A DNA stretch of 41,088 bases from Prasinococcaceae sp. CCMP 1430 (taxonomy: Eukaryota; Plantae; Prasinodermophyta), in assembly GCA_013416795.1 (NCBI GenBank), contig RQSC01000907.1:136131-177218 (forward strand), in the 5' to 3' direction. The notes beneath the pieces were generated by a model. That model did not search any database, was not told the origin of the DNA, and saw only the letters and a program-made list of their open reading frames with translations. The position numbers were made by a program, and so were the translations under genes. Positions within the stretch are counted from its first letter, which is position 1. The number at the start of each line of letters is the position of its first letter. This document shows positions 22,000-32,840 of this stretch, in pieces.

Positions 22000-22237
22000 G
22001 CGCGCGATGCGCTCGATCCGATGCGCTCGCAGGTGAGCGGCACCCACCCAGGCTCCCGCCGGCGCGCGAGGGGGGCGCCCGCCTCGCGCGCGCGCCGTAA
22101 TTGAACTCGCCCGTGGCCGTGGGTGAAAGGGAAAGCCCCCGCGCACCGCGCGCGCACCGCGCCGCCGGCCGGTGCGAGCCAATCAATGGCTCCTCCCCCC
22201 GTTTTTTTTTTTTTTTTGAATCCCGGAGGAGCAATCT

Positions 22238-23236
22238 GTGGCGACGGGAGTTCACATTGATTATTGCCCGGACGGAAGCGCGCGCGCGCCATGCGCCGAG
22301 CGCAGCGCCTGTTCGCGCCACAGGGCCCGCCCATCGCTATCCCCGACACCCCTCGTCCCTCGCACCCCCCTCGTCCCCGCGCTTGGCGCGGTCGGGAACG
22401 CCGGCACCAGCCCCGCGACGGCCACGCGCCACGCGACGCTCGTGCTCCTGCGCCACGGCGAGTCGATGTACAATAAGCACGGCCTCTTCACAGGCGACGT
22501 GGACGTCGGCCTGAGCGAGCAGGGAGTCTACGAGGCGCTCGCGGGTGGGCGCATGTTCTCGCACGTCAACTTCGACCTCATCCTCACCAGCCGGCTGCAG
22601 CGGTCGCGCATGACGGCGCTGCTGGCGATGACGCAGAACGACAGCGGCCAGGTGCCGCTCCACGTGCGCGGCGGGCTCACCGGCGACGTGGGCCCCGACC
22701 CGAACCGTCTGGCGCTGCGCGACCACGCGCTGGACGCGCTGGACAGCCCTGAGTGCCCCACGGTGCCGCTGTACTCCGAGGCGGACCTCAACGAGCGCTG
22801 CTACGGACATCTGCAGGGCATGAACAAGATGCGCGCGGTGCAGACCTTCGGCGAGGAGGCCGTGCGCAAGTGGCGGCGCTCGGTGGACACGCAGCCGCCC
22901 GGCGGGGAGTCGATGCACGACACCGCGTTGCGCGCGGGCGCCATGTTCGAGTCCGCAGTGCTGCCGCGCCTCGCGGCGGGCCAGAACGTGCTGCTGGTCG
23001 CGCACGGCAACTCGCTGCGGTCCATCATCGCGCGCGTGTCGGGTCTGACTGCGGAGGAGTCCATACGCCTGCAGGTGGCCACGGCGAGCCCAATCATGTA
23101 CACTTATGACGGCGAGTCCTTCCACAACCACACTGGCGAGTTCAATTACCCGCCGAAGGATCCCGTCACCGGCGAGGCGTTCGACAAGCCGCAGGGCCTG
23201 ACCTCGAAGCTCGGCCAGGCCGACTCTCTCGTGTGA
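22238..23236 (+). CDS. gpmA: 2,3-bisphosphoglycerate-dependent phosphoglycerate mutase (histidine phosphatase family); start uncertain
   Basis: LVLLRHGESMYN..LFTGDVDVGLSEQG, LNERCYGHLQGMNK, VRKWRRS..PPGGES, NVLLVAHGNSLRSI. Confidence 0.9.
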   Translation: MATGVHIDYCPDGSARAPCAERSACSRHRARPSLSPTPLVPRTPLVPALGAVGNAGTSPATATRHATLVLLRHGESMYNKHGLFTGDVDVGLSEQGVYEALAGGRMFSHVNFDLILTSRLQRSRMTALLAMTQNDSGQVPLHVRGGLTGDVGPDPNRLALRDHALDALDSPECPTVPLYSEADLNERCYGHLQGMNKMRAVQTFGEEAVRKWRRSVDTQPPGGESMHDTALRAGAMFESAVLPRLAAGQNVLLVAHGNSLRSIIARVSGLTAEESIRLQVATASPIMYTYDGESFHNHTGEFNYPPKDPVTGEAFDKPQGLTSKLGQADSLV

Positions 23237-23606
23237 CAGACTGCGCCGCTCTGCGACCTCCCGCCATTCCCCTCACGTGAGTGTGAGCAAGAGTGCCGAC
23301 GAGCACGCTAACCCCTCCGCCACCGCCCCGCGATTCAAGGCAACAACTCAGTAGGCTGCCGGTCCTGCCGCGCAGCCGCAGCCGCAGCCGACTGGCCGCG
23401 GGGCGCGGGGGCGTCGTTGTGAAAGTAATTTGTTTTTTTAGGTCACGGCACCTCGCAGCGGTGAGGGACTGCAGCACGCGCCTGCGACGCGGGCAGGCTG
23501 ATTCACGTGCTCACAGCCAGCCGGCGACGCGGCGCCATTTGATTACGCGATTACGGCGAAGAGGCGAGCGGCGCTGCGGCAAGCGAGCGGCCTCCCAGCT
23601 CGCGCT

Positions 23607-25586
23607 CTAGCCGCCGGCTTTGCTGCCGAGCTCGGCCATCTGGTCGAGGAACTGCTTGCCCGACAACAGCTCGGTCGCGCCGTACACCACGCCGCGCGGC
23701 GGCGTGAGGCGCGCGCCCACCTCCTTGACACTCAGCTGCTCCTGCAGCGAGCCGCCGCCAACCACGAACACCATCGCCTCGCGGAAGGCGCGCCCCTGCG
23801 CAGGCGCGGATACCGGCGCCCCTTTGGGTGCGCGTGGGTCGAGCGTCACGTACGTCTCGACCTCGCCCTTCGAATCAAGAAGCTGCTCAAGCGCGCGGGC
23901 CACCGCGGGCTTGTGCCCGCCGCCCAGCAGCGACTTCATGCCCTGCGTGATGCTCGCCAGACCCTTGCCGTACATCTTGTCCGCCCAGTCGAGCAGGTCG
24001 GCCCCGCCGCCGCCGCTGCCGCTGCCGCCGAGCAGCGACGCGCTCAGGTCCTGCTTCGACGAGCCCGCCGCGCGCATGGCCGCCGCGCGCAGCGCGCGCG
24101 CGTAGCGCAGCGCCGCTGTGTCAATGTTCGACTCGTGAAGCTTGGCCTCGAGCATCTCCGTGTCAGCTCCGCCCATGGACTCGGCGACCAGCGTGGCCAT
24201 GATGGCAAGGCGTAGTTTGTCCTCATCGGTGCCTCGCGCTGTGGCGCCAAGCATGGCGCCGACCTCCTTGAAGTCAACGCCCTTGGTGTACATCTCCTCC
24301 TCTGCCGAGCAGAATGCGTCCAACGAGCGTGCCTTGATGGACCCGAGCAGCGCGGTGGCGATGTTGGTGTGCTTGTCGATCACGCGCTTGCGGTCGGTGA
24401 GCTCGGGCAGCGAGTTGAGCGCGCTCGTCAGGTGCGCGGTCGCATTGCCGTCGCCACCGCCATCGCCACCGCCCTCCGCGCGATTCACCGCCGCCACGTC
24501 CGCCTTGTACTTGGAGAGCGCAGCCTCCACTTCCTCTGCAACCTTGGGAAACGGGCTCGCCTCGTTGGCCGTCCAAAATGCGTCCGCCGCGTCCAGCTGG
24601 TATGATTTGCCCGCCGGCTGGGCGCCCGGCCGCTGCTGCTGCGCCACGCCCTCCGAGCCGGGCAGCGTCACCTTGTTCAGGCGCAAGCCGAGCACGTCGT
24701 GCACAAGCGGCTTGTACGCCCAGAAGTGCTGCACGCCCATGGCCACTTCGGCATTTCGGTCGAAGATGGCGAGCAGCGGCTGCACAAGCGCACCCGTGGG
24801 CGCGTCGGCGAAGAGCGAGGTGCCGCCGCGCGCGGCGAGCTGGTCGCGCAGCCGAGCATCGACCTCGCGTGCCACCATCTCCGCCGCGCCACCCGGCGGC
24901 GCACGGATGAGCGGCACGACCCCCGCTGTCGCCAGCACTGCCACAAGCGAGTCGGCAACGCCGCCCACCGCTGCCTCGACTGCTTCGTCGCTCGCGCCCG
25001 GGTCATTCAGGCGCACGAACGCGCGCTCGTCCAGGAGCGAAAAACACCCCGGCTCGAGCGCGGCGAACGACAGGTACTGATCGAAGCACGCCTTGACCCG
25101 ATCCACCGCGCCTGCTCTCACGAGCGCAGCAGCGAGCTCCTCCAGCAGCGGGCGCGACAGCGGCGAGCAGAAGTTGATGTGCATCTCGTCGTAGAGCCCC
25201 GCCTTGGCGTCTGCAGCGATCCTCTCAACTGCATGCGCGGTGGGCTCGACAAAGTACACGGCAGGCGCATCTGGCACCGGCTGGCGCTCAGCATCAAGGG
25301 TGAGCGCCAGCGTGACGCCGCATCGCCGCAGGTCATTCATCGAGAGCAGCGGGGATACGATCGAGGTCGTGCGTGCGTCCAGCACGAGGATCTTGTAGGT
25401 CTGGCCCTCCGCAGGCGCGCGCGCGGTGCTTCCGGCCGCCGAGTCGGCGCCGTTGCGTTCAAGCATGCGCACGATCGCTGCAGCCTGGCGCGCGCGCAGC
25501 GCGCAAGCTGCTGGTTGGGGCGGCGTGCCGCCCACGCCGCCCTTTTGCGCCGCCGTCGCGGGCGCGCCAATCACCGCCGAGGTCAT
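23607..25586 (-). CDS. SLY1: Sec1/Munc18 family protein SLY1 (SCFD1)
   Basis: YKILVLD..IVSPLLSMNDLRRCGVTL, RQPVPDAPAVYFVEPT, FDQYLSF, YKPLVHDVLGLRLNKV, FPKVAEEV, LPELTDRKRVIDKHTNIATALL, VFVVGGG, VYGATELLS. ATG at 25586. Confidence 0.93.
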   Translation of the reverse strand: MTSAVIGAPATAAQKGGVGGTPPQPAACALRARQAAAIVRMLERNGADSAAGSTARAPAEGQTYKILVLDARTTSIVSPLLSMNDLRRCGVTLALTLDAERQPVPDAPAVYFVEPTAHAVERIAADAKAGLYDEMHINFCSPLSRPLLEELAAALVRAGAVDRVKACFDQYLSFAALEPGCFSLLDERAFVRLNDPGASDEAVEAAVGGVADSLVAVLATAGVVPLIRAPPGGAAEMVAREVDARLRDQLAARGGTSLFADAPTGALVQPLLAIFDRNAEVAMGVQHFWAYKPLVHDVLGLRLNKVTLPGSEGVAQQQRPGAQPAGKSYQLDAADAFWTANEASPFPKVAEEVEAALSKYKADVAAVNRAEGGGDGGGDGNATAHLTSALNSLPELTDRKRVIDKHTNIATALLGSIKARSLDAFCSAEEEMYTKGVDFKEVGAMLGATARGTDEDKLRLAIMATLVAESMGGADTEMLEAKLHESNIDTAALRYARALRAAAMRAAGSSKQDLSASLLGGSGSGGGGADLLDWADKMYGKGLASITQGMKSLLGGGHKPAVARALEQLLDSKGEVETYVTLDPRAPKGAPVSAPAQGRAFREAMVFVVGGGSLQEQLSVKEVGARLTPPRGVVYGATELLSGKQFLDQMAELGSKAGG

Positions 25587-26254
25587 CGCGGCAGCTTGTC
25601 TACCACAGCTGCGCTCACTCTGCGTGGCCGAGCCACGACGCGAGCAGTGCGCCCTCGCCCGCGGCGGGGCGCGCGCCCCGCACGCAGCTGTCGCCCCGCG
25701 CCGCTGCGCGACGGCTCGCCCAACCGGCCGCAAGTTACCCCTCCTCCCCCTTCCCCCCTTCCGTCCGACGGCTGACCGCCCGGCCGCCCCTGCTCCCCGC
25801 GTACGCGGAGTGGCACCCCAGCCCTGCCCGGCCCGGCACTCCACGCGGCTGTTGGCTCGGCGCGAGCGCCTCCAAAAAAAAATGTGTCCGCACGCCTCGT
25901 CAATATCAAAGCGATTTGAAAGATCCTGCGGACCTCGCTCGATCGAGCGAGAGCTCCCCACGGGGCGGTCCGCAATCTGGCGTTTGATGCGTGTTTGAAT
26001 CCAAACCGTGAGGCCGCGTTCGCGCGGATGGACCGGGTTGCGCGTCCCACGTCAAGCAGATTTGATCCGCATTTCCCGCCCCCACCCCATGCGACGCCGT
26101 GTGCCAGCTCAGCGCACCACAGACAGCGCCCGTGGCAGTGCGCGCGCGCCGTCTACAACCGCGCACCGGCAAACGTTCCCCTCCTGCCCTGTTCGCCTCC
26201 TTGCGCTCCCGCGGGACGCGCCTCCCACTGGGTGGCCCTGCGCTCCGTCCCACC

Positions 26255-27606
26255 ATGCCGTCGTCGCACGACTACGATGCCGACCAGCGCAACGCGTCCA
26301 TCCGGATTGCCATCCGGCAGCACGCAACAGGTGCAGAGTTCGTGCACGTGGCGCGCGACGAGGCGCGCGTGAGTGTCCTCGACTCGGGGTTCATGCTCGG
26401 CGACGGCGTGTGGGAGGGAGTGCGCCTGCACAACGGTGTGCTCCTTCATGCGGACAAGCACATCCGGCGGCTCTTCGAGGGGGCCAAGGCGCTCGAGTGA
26501 GGGCGAGCGAGCGCTCGCATCGCGCGTGCACTCACACTGTGCGCGCCCAAGCGTGCGCACCGCTATTGCTGACCATCCGTCCAACCCTCTCTTCCCGCAG
26601 CATGGACCTAGCCATCACGCGCGACCGATTGCGCGACGAGCTTTACCGCATATGTGACGCACAGGGCATGCGCGACAACGTGCACATCCGCCTCATGGTG
26701 ACTCGTGGGCTGAAGTCGACGCCGTACCAGAGCCCGAAGGTCACCATCGGAGACCCAACGAGTACGTGAATTGTAACGCGACATTGCGCCCGCTGTAGGC
26801 GTGGCATGCTGACGCTGCGCCCTATCACATACTTGTCTGCCTCTGGGTGTGCCTGTGAGTGCTGTAGTCGTCATCATACCCGAGTACAAGGCGTCGAGCG
26901 AGCAGACAAAGGAGCGCGGCATGCGGCTGTACACTGTGCACGTGCGCCGCGGGCCACCCGACGTGCAGGATCAGATGCTCAACTCGCACAGCAAGATCAA
27001 TTGCATCACGGCGTGCATCCAGGCGGCCAAGGCAGGAGCCGACGAGGCGCTCATGCTAGACCCGCACGGCTTCGTTGCTACCTGCAATTCGACGAACTTC
27101 TTCGTCGTTCGCGACGGTGAGGTGTGGGCGCCCACGACGAAGTACCAACTGCATGGGATCACTCGGCGGCATGTTCTCGATCTCTGCAGGGCCAACGACA
27201 GTGCGTTTCCTCGCGCACGAGCTTGTTTCTGCCTCTGTGCCGTCGCGCACATGATGTGAGCTGACCCCTGCGCCCACTTGGCTCCCTCTGATGTAGTCCC
27301 ATGCGTCGAGAAGGACTTCTCGCTCACAGAGGTGTACTCAGCAGATGAGGCATTCGTCACCGGCACGATGGTGCGTTGGAGCGAGCCTGCGCTCGCGAGT
27401 GCGTGCGCGTGTGCGCGTGTGCGCGTGTGCGCGTGTGCATGCAGCGCTGACTCCAGCTGCCGCGTGTGACCATCCAGGCGGGCCAGATTCCGGTCACAGA
27501 GGTCGATGGCCGAACCATCGGTGAGGCTAAGCGGGGGCCGATGGTGAAGCGTTTGCAGGACCTCTACAAAGAGTCGATTGACGCGATGGCCAGGGCGGGG
27601 CGCTAG
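26255..27606 (+). CDS. Class IV PLP-dependent aminotransferase (BCAT-like/D-amino-acid aminotransferase-like)
   Basis: join(26255..26496,26601..26761,26868..27200,27297..27370,27478..27606), all four GT-AG introns phase-consistent. Motifs VSVLDSGFMLGDGVWEGVR, RLMVTRG, NSHSKINCI, ADEALMLD, LHGITR, YSADEAFVTGT. Confidence 0.92.
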
Positions 27607-27895
27607 CTAACGAAAGCTGCGTGCGGTAATCAGCGCCGTGTGAAACGCATCCTCGTGCGCTCGGGTGCCGGCCGAAGCGCGTGTGCGGGCGGCCAGTCGC
27701 CCTGTGTGAAGTGGGGCGCAAAACTCGCTTGGGGCAGGATTCAACACGAACATAATAAGATCGCCCGTGGGTAAATATATAGATGTTATGAATACGGTAT
27801 CGTGAGTGTCGAGCGCCAAAAAGGCCGCTGGCAGCGAAGACAGCGGCCGCTGGCACCACACCGCGCACTCGCCTCGCCGCCGCGGCGCCCGCGCG

Positions 27896-28901
27896 ATGGC
27901 CGTCGCGACCGAGAAGAAGGCGGGGCCGCTCGAGACGGGTGGCACGCTCAAGGGCGACAAGGCGCGTGGCAAGGACGCGGCCAGCCAGGGCAACATCATC
28001 CAGTTCACCAGCGACTTCAAGGACGCGAGGGTACGCGCGAACGCAGCAGGCGCGGGGGAGGCCGCGCGCAGGACCGCGCGAAACCCACGCGGACGCGTAC
28101 ACGTGCGGGGCGCGAGCGTGTGCCGCGCGCGTGCCATGCGGCAGGCTTGCCACGCCGGTGCCTTCGTGCACCGCGGGGATCCGTCGCCTTTGCCACGTTT
28201 GGCTGACACGTTCGCCTCGTTCGCCCGACGCGCACTCCGCGCACGCACCGCGCGCGCCGCCGCTGCGCCCTGCTGCCGTGCCCGTCCTCCCCCCGCCCCC
28301 GCCCCCAATGCCTTCGCAGTGGAAGGGCGGCACCTGGGACTTCTCCCAGTTCAAGAAGGACGACGGCGAGACCGACTGGGACGCCGTGATTGACGCCGAG
28401 GTGCTCCGCCGCAAGTGGCACGAGCAGCGCCCCGAGGGCTCGAGCTTCGAGGAGGAGATCACCTTCCGCCTGAGCGAGATCCCCACGTGGGTGTGGATCA
28501 AGCGCTTCCACCTGCCCCAGGCGGAGCTGATCAACGGCCGCGCGTGCATGGTGGGCTACACCATGGCCCTCATCATCGATGCGACCACGCACGTCGGCCT
28601 GGTCGACCAGCAGTTCTCCTTCGCGGGCAAGCTTGCTACCTTCGCCACCGTGCTGGGCTGCCTCTTCATTCGCCAGATGTCCGACCTCGACGGCCTGAAG
28701 AACCTGGCTGACGAGGCCACCTTCTACGATTCGCAGTGGGGTGCGACGTGGACGGAGGGCGCGCCGCTGCCGGAGGACGCTGCGCCGGGCCCGTCCCAGC
28801 AGGACGACCTCGCCAACCCGCCCAAGGGGCTCAAGGCGAGCATTTCCTACGACCCCAAGACCGAGAAGATCGGTCGCAAGGGCATCGAGTGGGACGCCTA
28901 A
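27896..28901 (+). CDS. LIL3: Light-harvesting-like protein 3 (LIL3); transit peptide start may lie upstream
   Basis: join(27896..28030,28320..28901), phase-0 intron GTACGC..CGCAG. DARWKGGTWDFSQF..TDWDAVIDAEVLRRKW, WIKRFHLPQAELINGRACMVGY, GLVDQ, EATFYDSQW. Confidence 0.92.
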
Positions 28902-29590
28902 GCAGCACAATACGCAGGAGCTGCGCGCCCCGTGGCCTGACGCGTGCTGGACGCGCGGCAGGCCATGGCGGGGGCAACAGACATGAAGGCGGCGGGGCGG
29001 GGGGAAAAGGGGGGACAGTGGCACCTCCGCGCTCGTCGTGGGCACGGGCGCGCGCGCGGCGCGCGCGGCGCACGTGCCGACTGTGGGGGCGCCGCGCGCG
29101 CATGCACAACCCAGCGCGCGCGCGCACTGGTGCCTTCTCGGAGGCCCACCTGCGATTGGGCTGCGGTGGGCTCCGGGAGGGTTGCGTGGAGGTAGATTGG
29201 ACGGGCCGGGGGAGGGGGTGCACGTGAGCACCGACCTGCGCGGCAGCAGTCGACCTGCACGGGGGCGTCGCGGCGCGGTGGCGCCGGCGCCTGCTTTTTC
29301 TTGGTGGCGAGCGAGGGACAGACGCGTAAAGTTAATGGATCGGACACGCCCACTTGCAAGCCCGCCTGGCCGGAGCATTCCGCGCGCGCACGCAAGCGCG
29401 TTGGGGAGGGAAGAGTGCGCGCGCGGAGGGATGGCGCGCGCGGCGCGGCCCACGAGGGCAGGGCGCTTTCTGCAGCAGCAATTTACAATTGTGTGGCCCT
29501 TCCGCCTGCAAGGCAGTGAGCTGGACACCGACGTGTCGTGTCGCATCACACACGGATGCCTGCTTCGCACGAGCGGGCGGCCGCACTTTC

Positions 29591-31367
29591 TCAGCAACGC
29601 GTCTCGTATGAGCCCGACTTGCTCAAGTAGCGCACCCACTTGACCGTCTCGTAGCCCGAGCGCTCCCACACTTTGAGGAAGCGCACGCGCAGGCCACTCG
29701 CGGTGAACATGGGCACCTGGAAGTCCATTGAGATGGGCGGGCGGCTCCAAGCACGCTCGCCGTTGATGTTGGTCGAGGCGATCAACTCGACCTGCGCGGA
29801 TATAGCCGCTTCCTCTCCTCCGGGGAAGCGCGGGATCTTCCACTCGATGGCGTTGTACTTCGACTTGTACTTGGCGCGCCCAACCGACACCTCGACTTGG
29901 GCCTTCGCCGTATTCTTGGGCACGGGGATGCGAATGACGATGTTCAGCGCAAAGAGCTTGTCCGTGAAGAGCGCCTTGACCTGCGTGTGCGTGCGCGTGC
30001 GCGCACGTATGCGTGTCGACAGGCGGCTGGGTCAGCGAGCAGCGCGAGCCACGCGCGCGCGCGCGCGCGCGCAGCGCACCCACACAGGCGCACCTTAACG
30101 TTGGCCTCTACCCTGGACCTCCCGAGCTCCTTGATGATAGGCAGGACCCTGAAAGGCAGGTTGACGCCTTCTGTAATGCGGTACTTCATGAGCTCGAACT
30201 CGCCGTCGGGCGGTGTGAACGACACCGTGCGCTCGGACGCGAACTTGCCCATATTGACGCAATGGTGGAAGGTGTGGTCGTCAAGCTCGATGGTGCGAAC
30301 CTTGCGTTGGCCCCCGCTGCTTCCGCCAGCTCCACCGGGAGCCTTTTCCATGCCCAGCTTATCGTTGAGCCCAAGCTTGAGATCGGGCATACCACTGAGA
30401 AGCGTGCGCATGAGGATCTTGCCCTGCACGTCCGCACGCAGCACCGTGCCCTTGGTCGAAAGGAGCAGGTTGACATTCTCAACGATGTCCAGGAACACTT
30501 GATTCTTCTTGTAGAAAATCCCCTCCTGACGCCACGAGACGGCGCCGGTCACCTGCAGCGTGGCGCTGGCCTTCGCCGCCGTGTCGACCTTCTTGCCGAG
30601 TATGCGATCCTGTAGCTTTTGGCCAAACCTGCGATCGCGTGAGGTGAGCGACGCGACGCACGCCAGCGCCTGTCAGTGACCCGCGCACGCGCAATTGCCT
30701 GCGAGGGAGCCGGCGGGGGCGATGCCAGCGCGCTCGTGGCCTCCGCCGCGATCGAGGCGTCGCATGGCGGATGAGCATGTCCGGTGGCGAGCGCTGGTAT
30801 TTCGCTAACCACGGCGCGCATTGCGCACCTATCGAGCATGTCGGTCTCCTGCTCGATGTACAGCTTCAGCACTTCGGGGCTGAGGTTCTGTGGGAAGCCG
30901 TAGTCGATGACCTCGTCCAGGAGCTCGTACACCAGCGACACGTGCTTCATGATCTGGTCCTCTGTGACTTCGACGCCGAAGTACGACTTGAAAAGCGCCA
31001 TCAGCTCCGCGGCAAGCTTGAGGCCCATCGCCATGTTGGCGTTGGTGCGGCTCACGAGCACCACATAAATGTCATTGTGCCGGAGGTACGCGAAGTGCGC
31101 CCCTCCAGATATCGAGCGGACGGGCGCCGCGCCGCCCTCCTGTGAATTGCGAATGCACAGAGTGCGCGCAGTGGCGGAGCGTGCGTTGGCGGTTTGAGCG
31201 GACAGGGGGCAGTGTGCGTTAGCACGCGCAGGCACAAGGCTTTCGCGGGGGCAGCGTGCACGCGCGCCCACTGCACGCACCTTGGCCTCCAGGATGTGCT
31301 GACGGAAGGCGTCTGTGAGGTTGGACACGTCCCACGTGTCATTCTTGAAGCAGCGTGAGATCAGAGA
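29591..31367 (-). CDS. AP2M: AP-2 complex mu subunit; first coding exon not located
   Basis: Exons 31367..31281, 31139..30829, 30628..30094, 29980..29591, phase-consistent. LISRCFKND, VYELLDEVIDYGFPQ, VTGAVSWRQEG, YKKNQVFLDIVE, SFTPPDGEFELMKY, FQVPMFTASGLRVRFLKVWE, WVRY..SGSYETRC. Confidence 0.93.
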
Positions 31368-32588
31368 CTGCGCGTGCGCGCGGGTGCAGCCGTGTCAGTT
31401 ACGCGTCCCGGGAGCGGGCGTGGCGGAGGATCTGGCCGCGCGTGCACGCTGCTGGCGCCGCGTGCCGCGAGCGCATGCCGTCCGCGCGCATGCCGCTTGC
31501 GCGTGCGCGCGCACGCGCGCGTGGTGGGTGGCCCACGCCCCGGCCCGAGCGGAGGAGGGGCACGCGTGCGGTCTGGCGCGGCAGCCGCGGCAGCAGCAGC
31601 GGGGCAGCGGGGCAGCGGCGGCGGCAGCAGGGGGCGCCCCGCCCACCGCGCTCGGGGAACCGCGCCCCATCAGAAAGCACGTGATGCGCAAGGCGCCACG
31701 CGACCGAATGGAATCCATCCCCCTTTTTCAAAAACGTGTACTTTCGCACACATTGATTCCACTTTTAGGTCTGGATGACAGCGAATCCAACAGAATCCAT
31801 CTCGGAGAGCATTTGATGGAGCGCGCCCAGCGTCAGTCTTGCGGAAGGAATTTCGCGCGCGGCGCCGGGGCGGTTCGCCGCGACGCAGGTGCTCGCGCGC
31901 GAGCGCGTGGCGGCTCGGAAAGGCGGCACGGCGGTATTTCGCCAGCGCGTTCCGAAATGCCACCGAAGGCGCGCCGTTTGTACGCGCGCGTGCGCGCGCG
32001 CGCGCGCGCGCCGAGGCCGGCACAGCGCGTGCGTGGCGCGCGGCTCGCCGCGGCTGCGGCGAACGCACGGCTGGCGGGGGAAAAGGCGAGGTGAGGCTAC
32101 GGAGCGGATGGACGCGGCGCTCTGCGACGCGGTGCGGGGTGGAGGGGGAGGGGGAGGGGGCGCCACGGGGGCGCCCGCGCGCGCGGGTCGCCGCGCGCGC
32201 ATGCATAGATCTTCGCGCGCCAAGGGCGCCGCTTGCGCCTTGGCGCTGGCAATGGCAGGCAAGCCTGTGCGCCGAGGCAAACAAGGCGCTGGGAGAGACC
32301 AGCTTCTAGAAGAGGCGCATCGCGCCCTCGCTGGGCGGCGCTGCTATGCACGCCTACCGGGCGATGCGTGCCACGGCTCCTGCGCGCGTGCGGCGCAATG
32401 CGAGCGCACTTGGGCTGTTCCGCGGGCGACGCGAGCAAGCGCTGACTCGGTGCTGCGCTCTCCCCATTCCGTGCCCCCCAGCGCTGCGCCGCCTGCACAG
32501 TCTCTCGCCGTCGACGCAAGCGCGACACCAATGTGCGTGAGATGCTGCTCTTGCTACGCGCCGCTCGCACGCGCGCGCCGGGCGGGGC

Positions 32589-32672
32589 TCCTGTGATGAC
32601 AAACCACACAATATCATTCATGCGTGTCAGCTGAATCTGCGTGATGCACAAACCTAATCTTCTCACTGAGGA
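32589..32672 (+). ncRNA. Box C/D snoRNA with two guides (LSU rRNA and U6 snRNA)
   Basis: Box C GTGATGA 32593-99, D' CTGA 32631-34, C' GTGATGC 32641-47, D CTGA 32666-69, TCC/GGA terminal stem. CATTCATGCGTGTCA (32615-29) complements LSU UGACGCGCAUGAAUG with one G-U; CTAATCTTCTC (32654-64) complements U6 GAGAAGAUUAG. Confidence 0.88.
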
Positions 32673-32840
32673 CCGCACCCGGCGAGGGCCATTTGTGCCG
32701 CCGCCGCCGAGAGATCAGGCGTAGATGCCCGCGCCCCGACCCGTGCAGCCGTGCTGACCCGCCCGCCTCTGGTGCGCGCTGTCCGCGCATCTGTCACCGC
32801 GCGTGTGAACCCCGCGTCGCCGGCGACGCCCCTTCCACAG

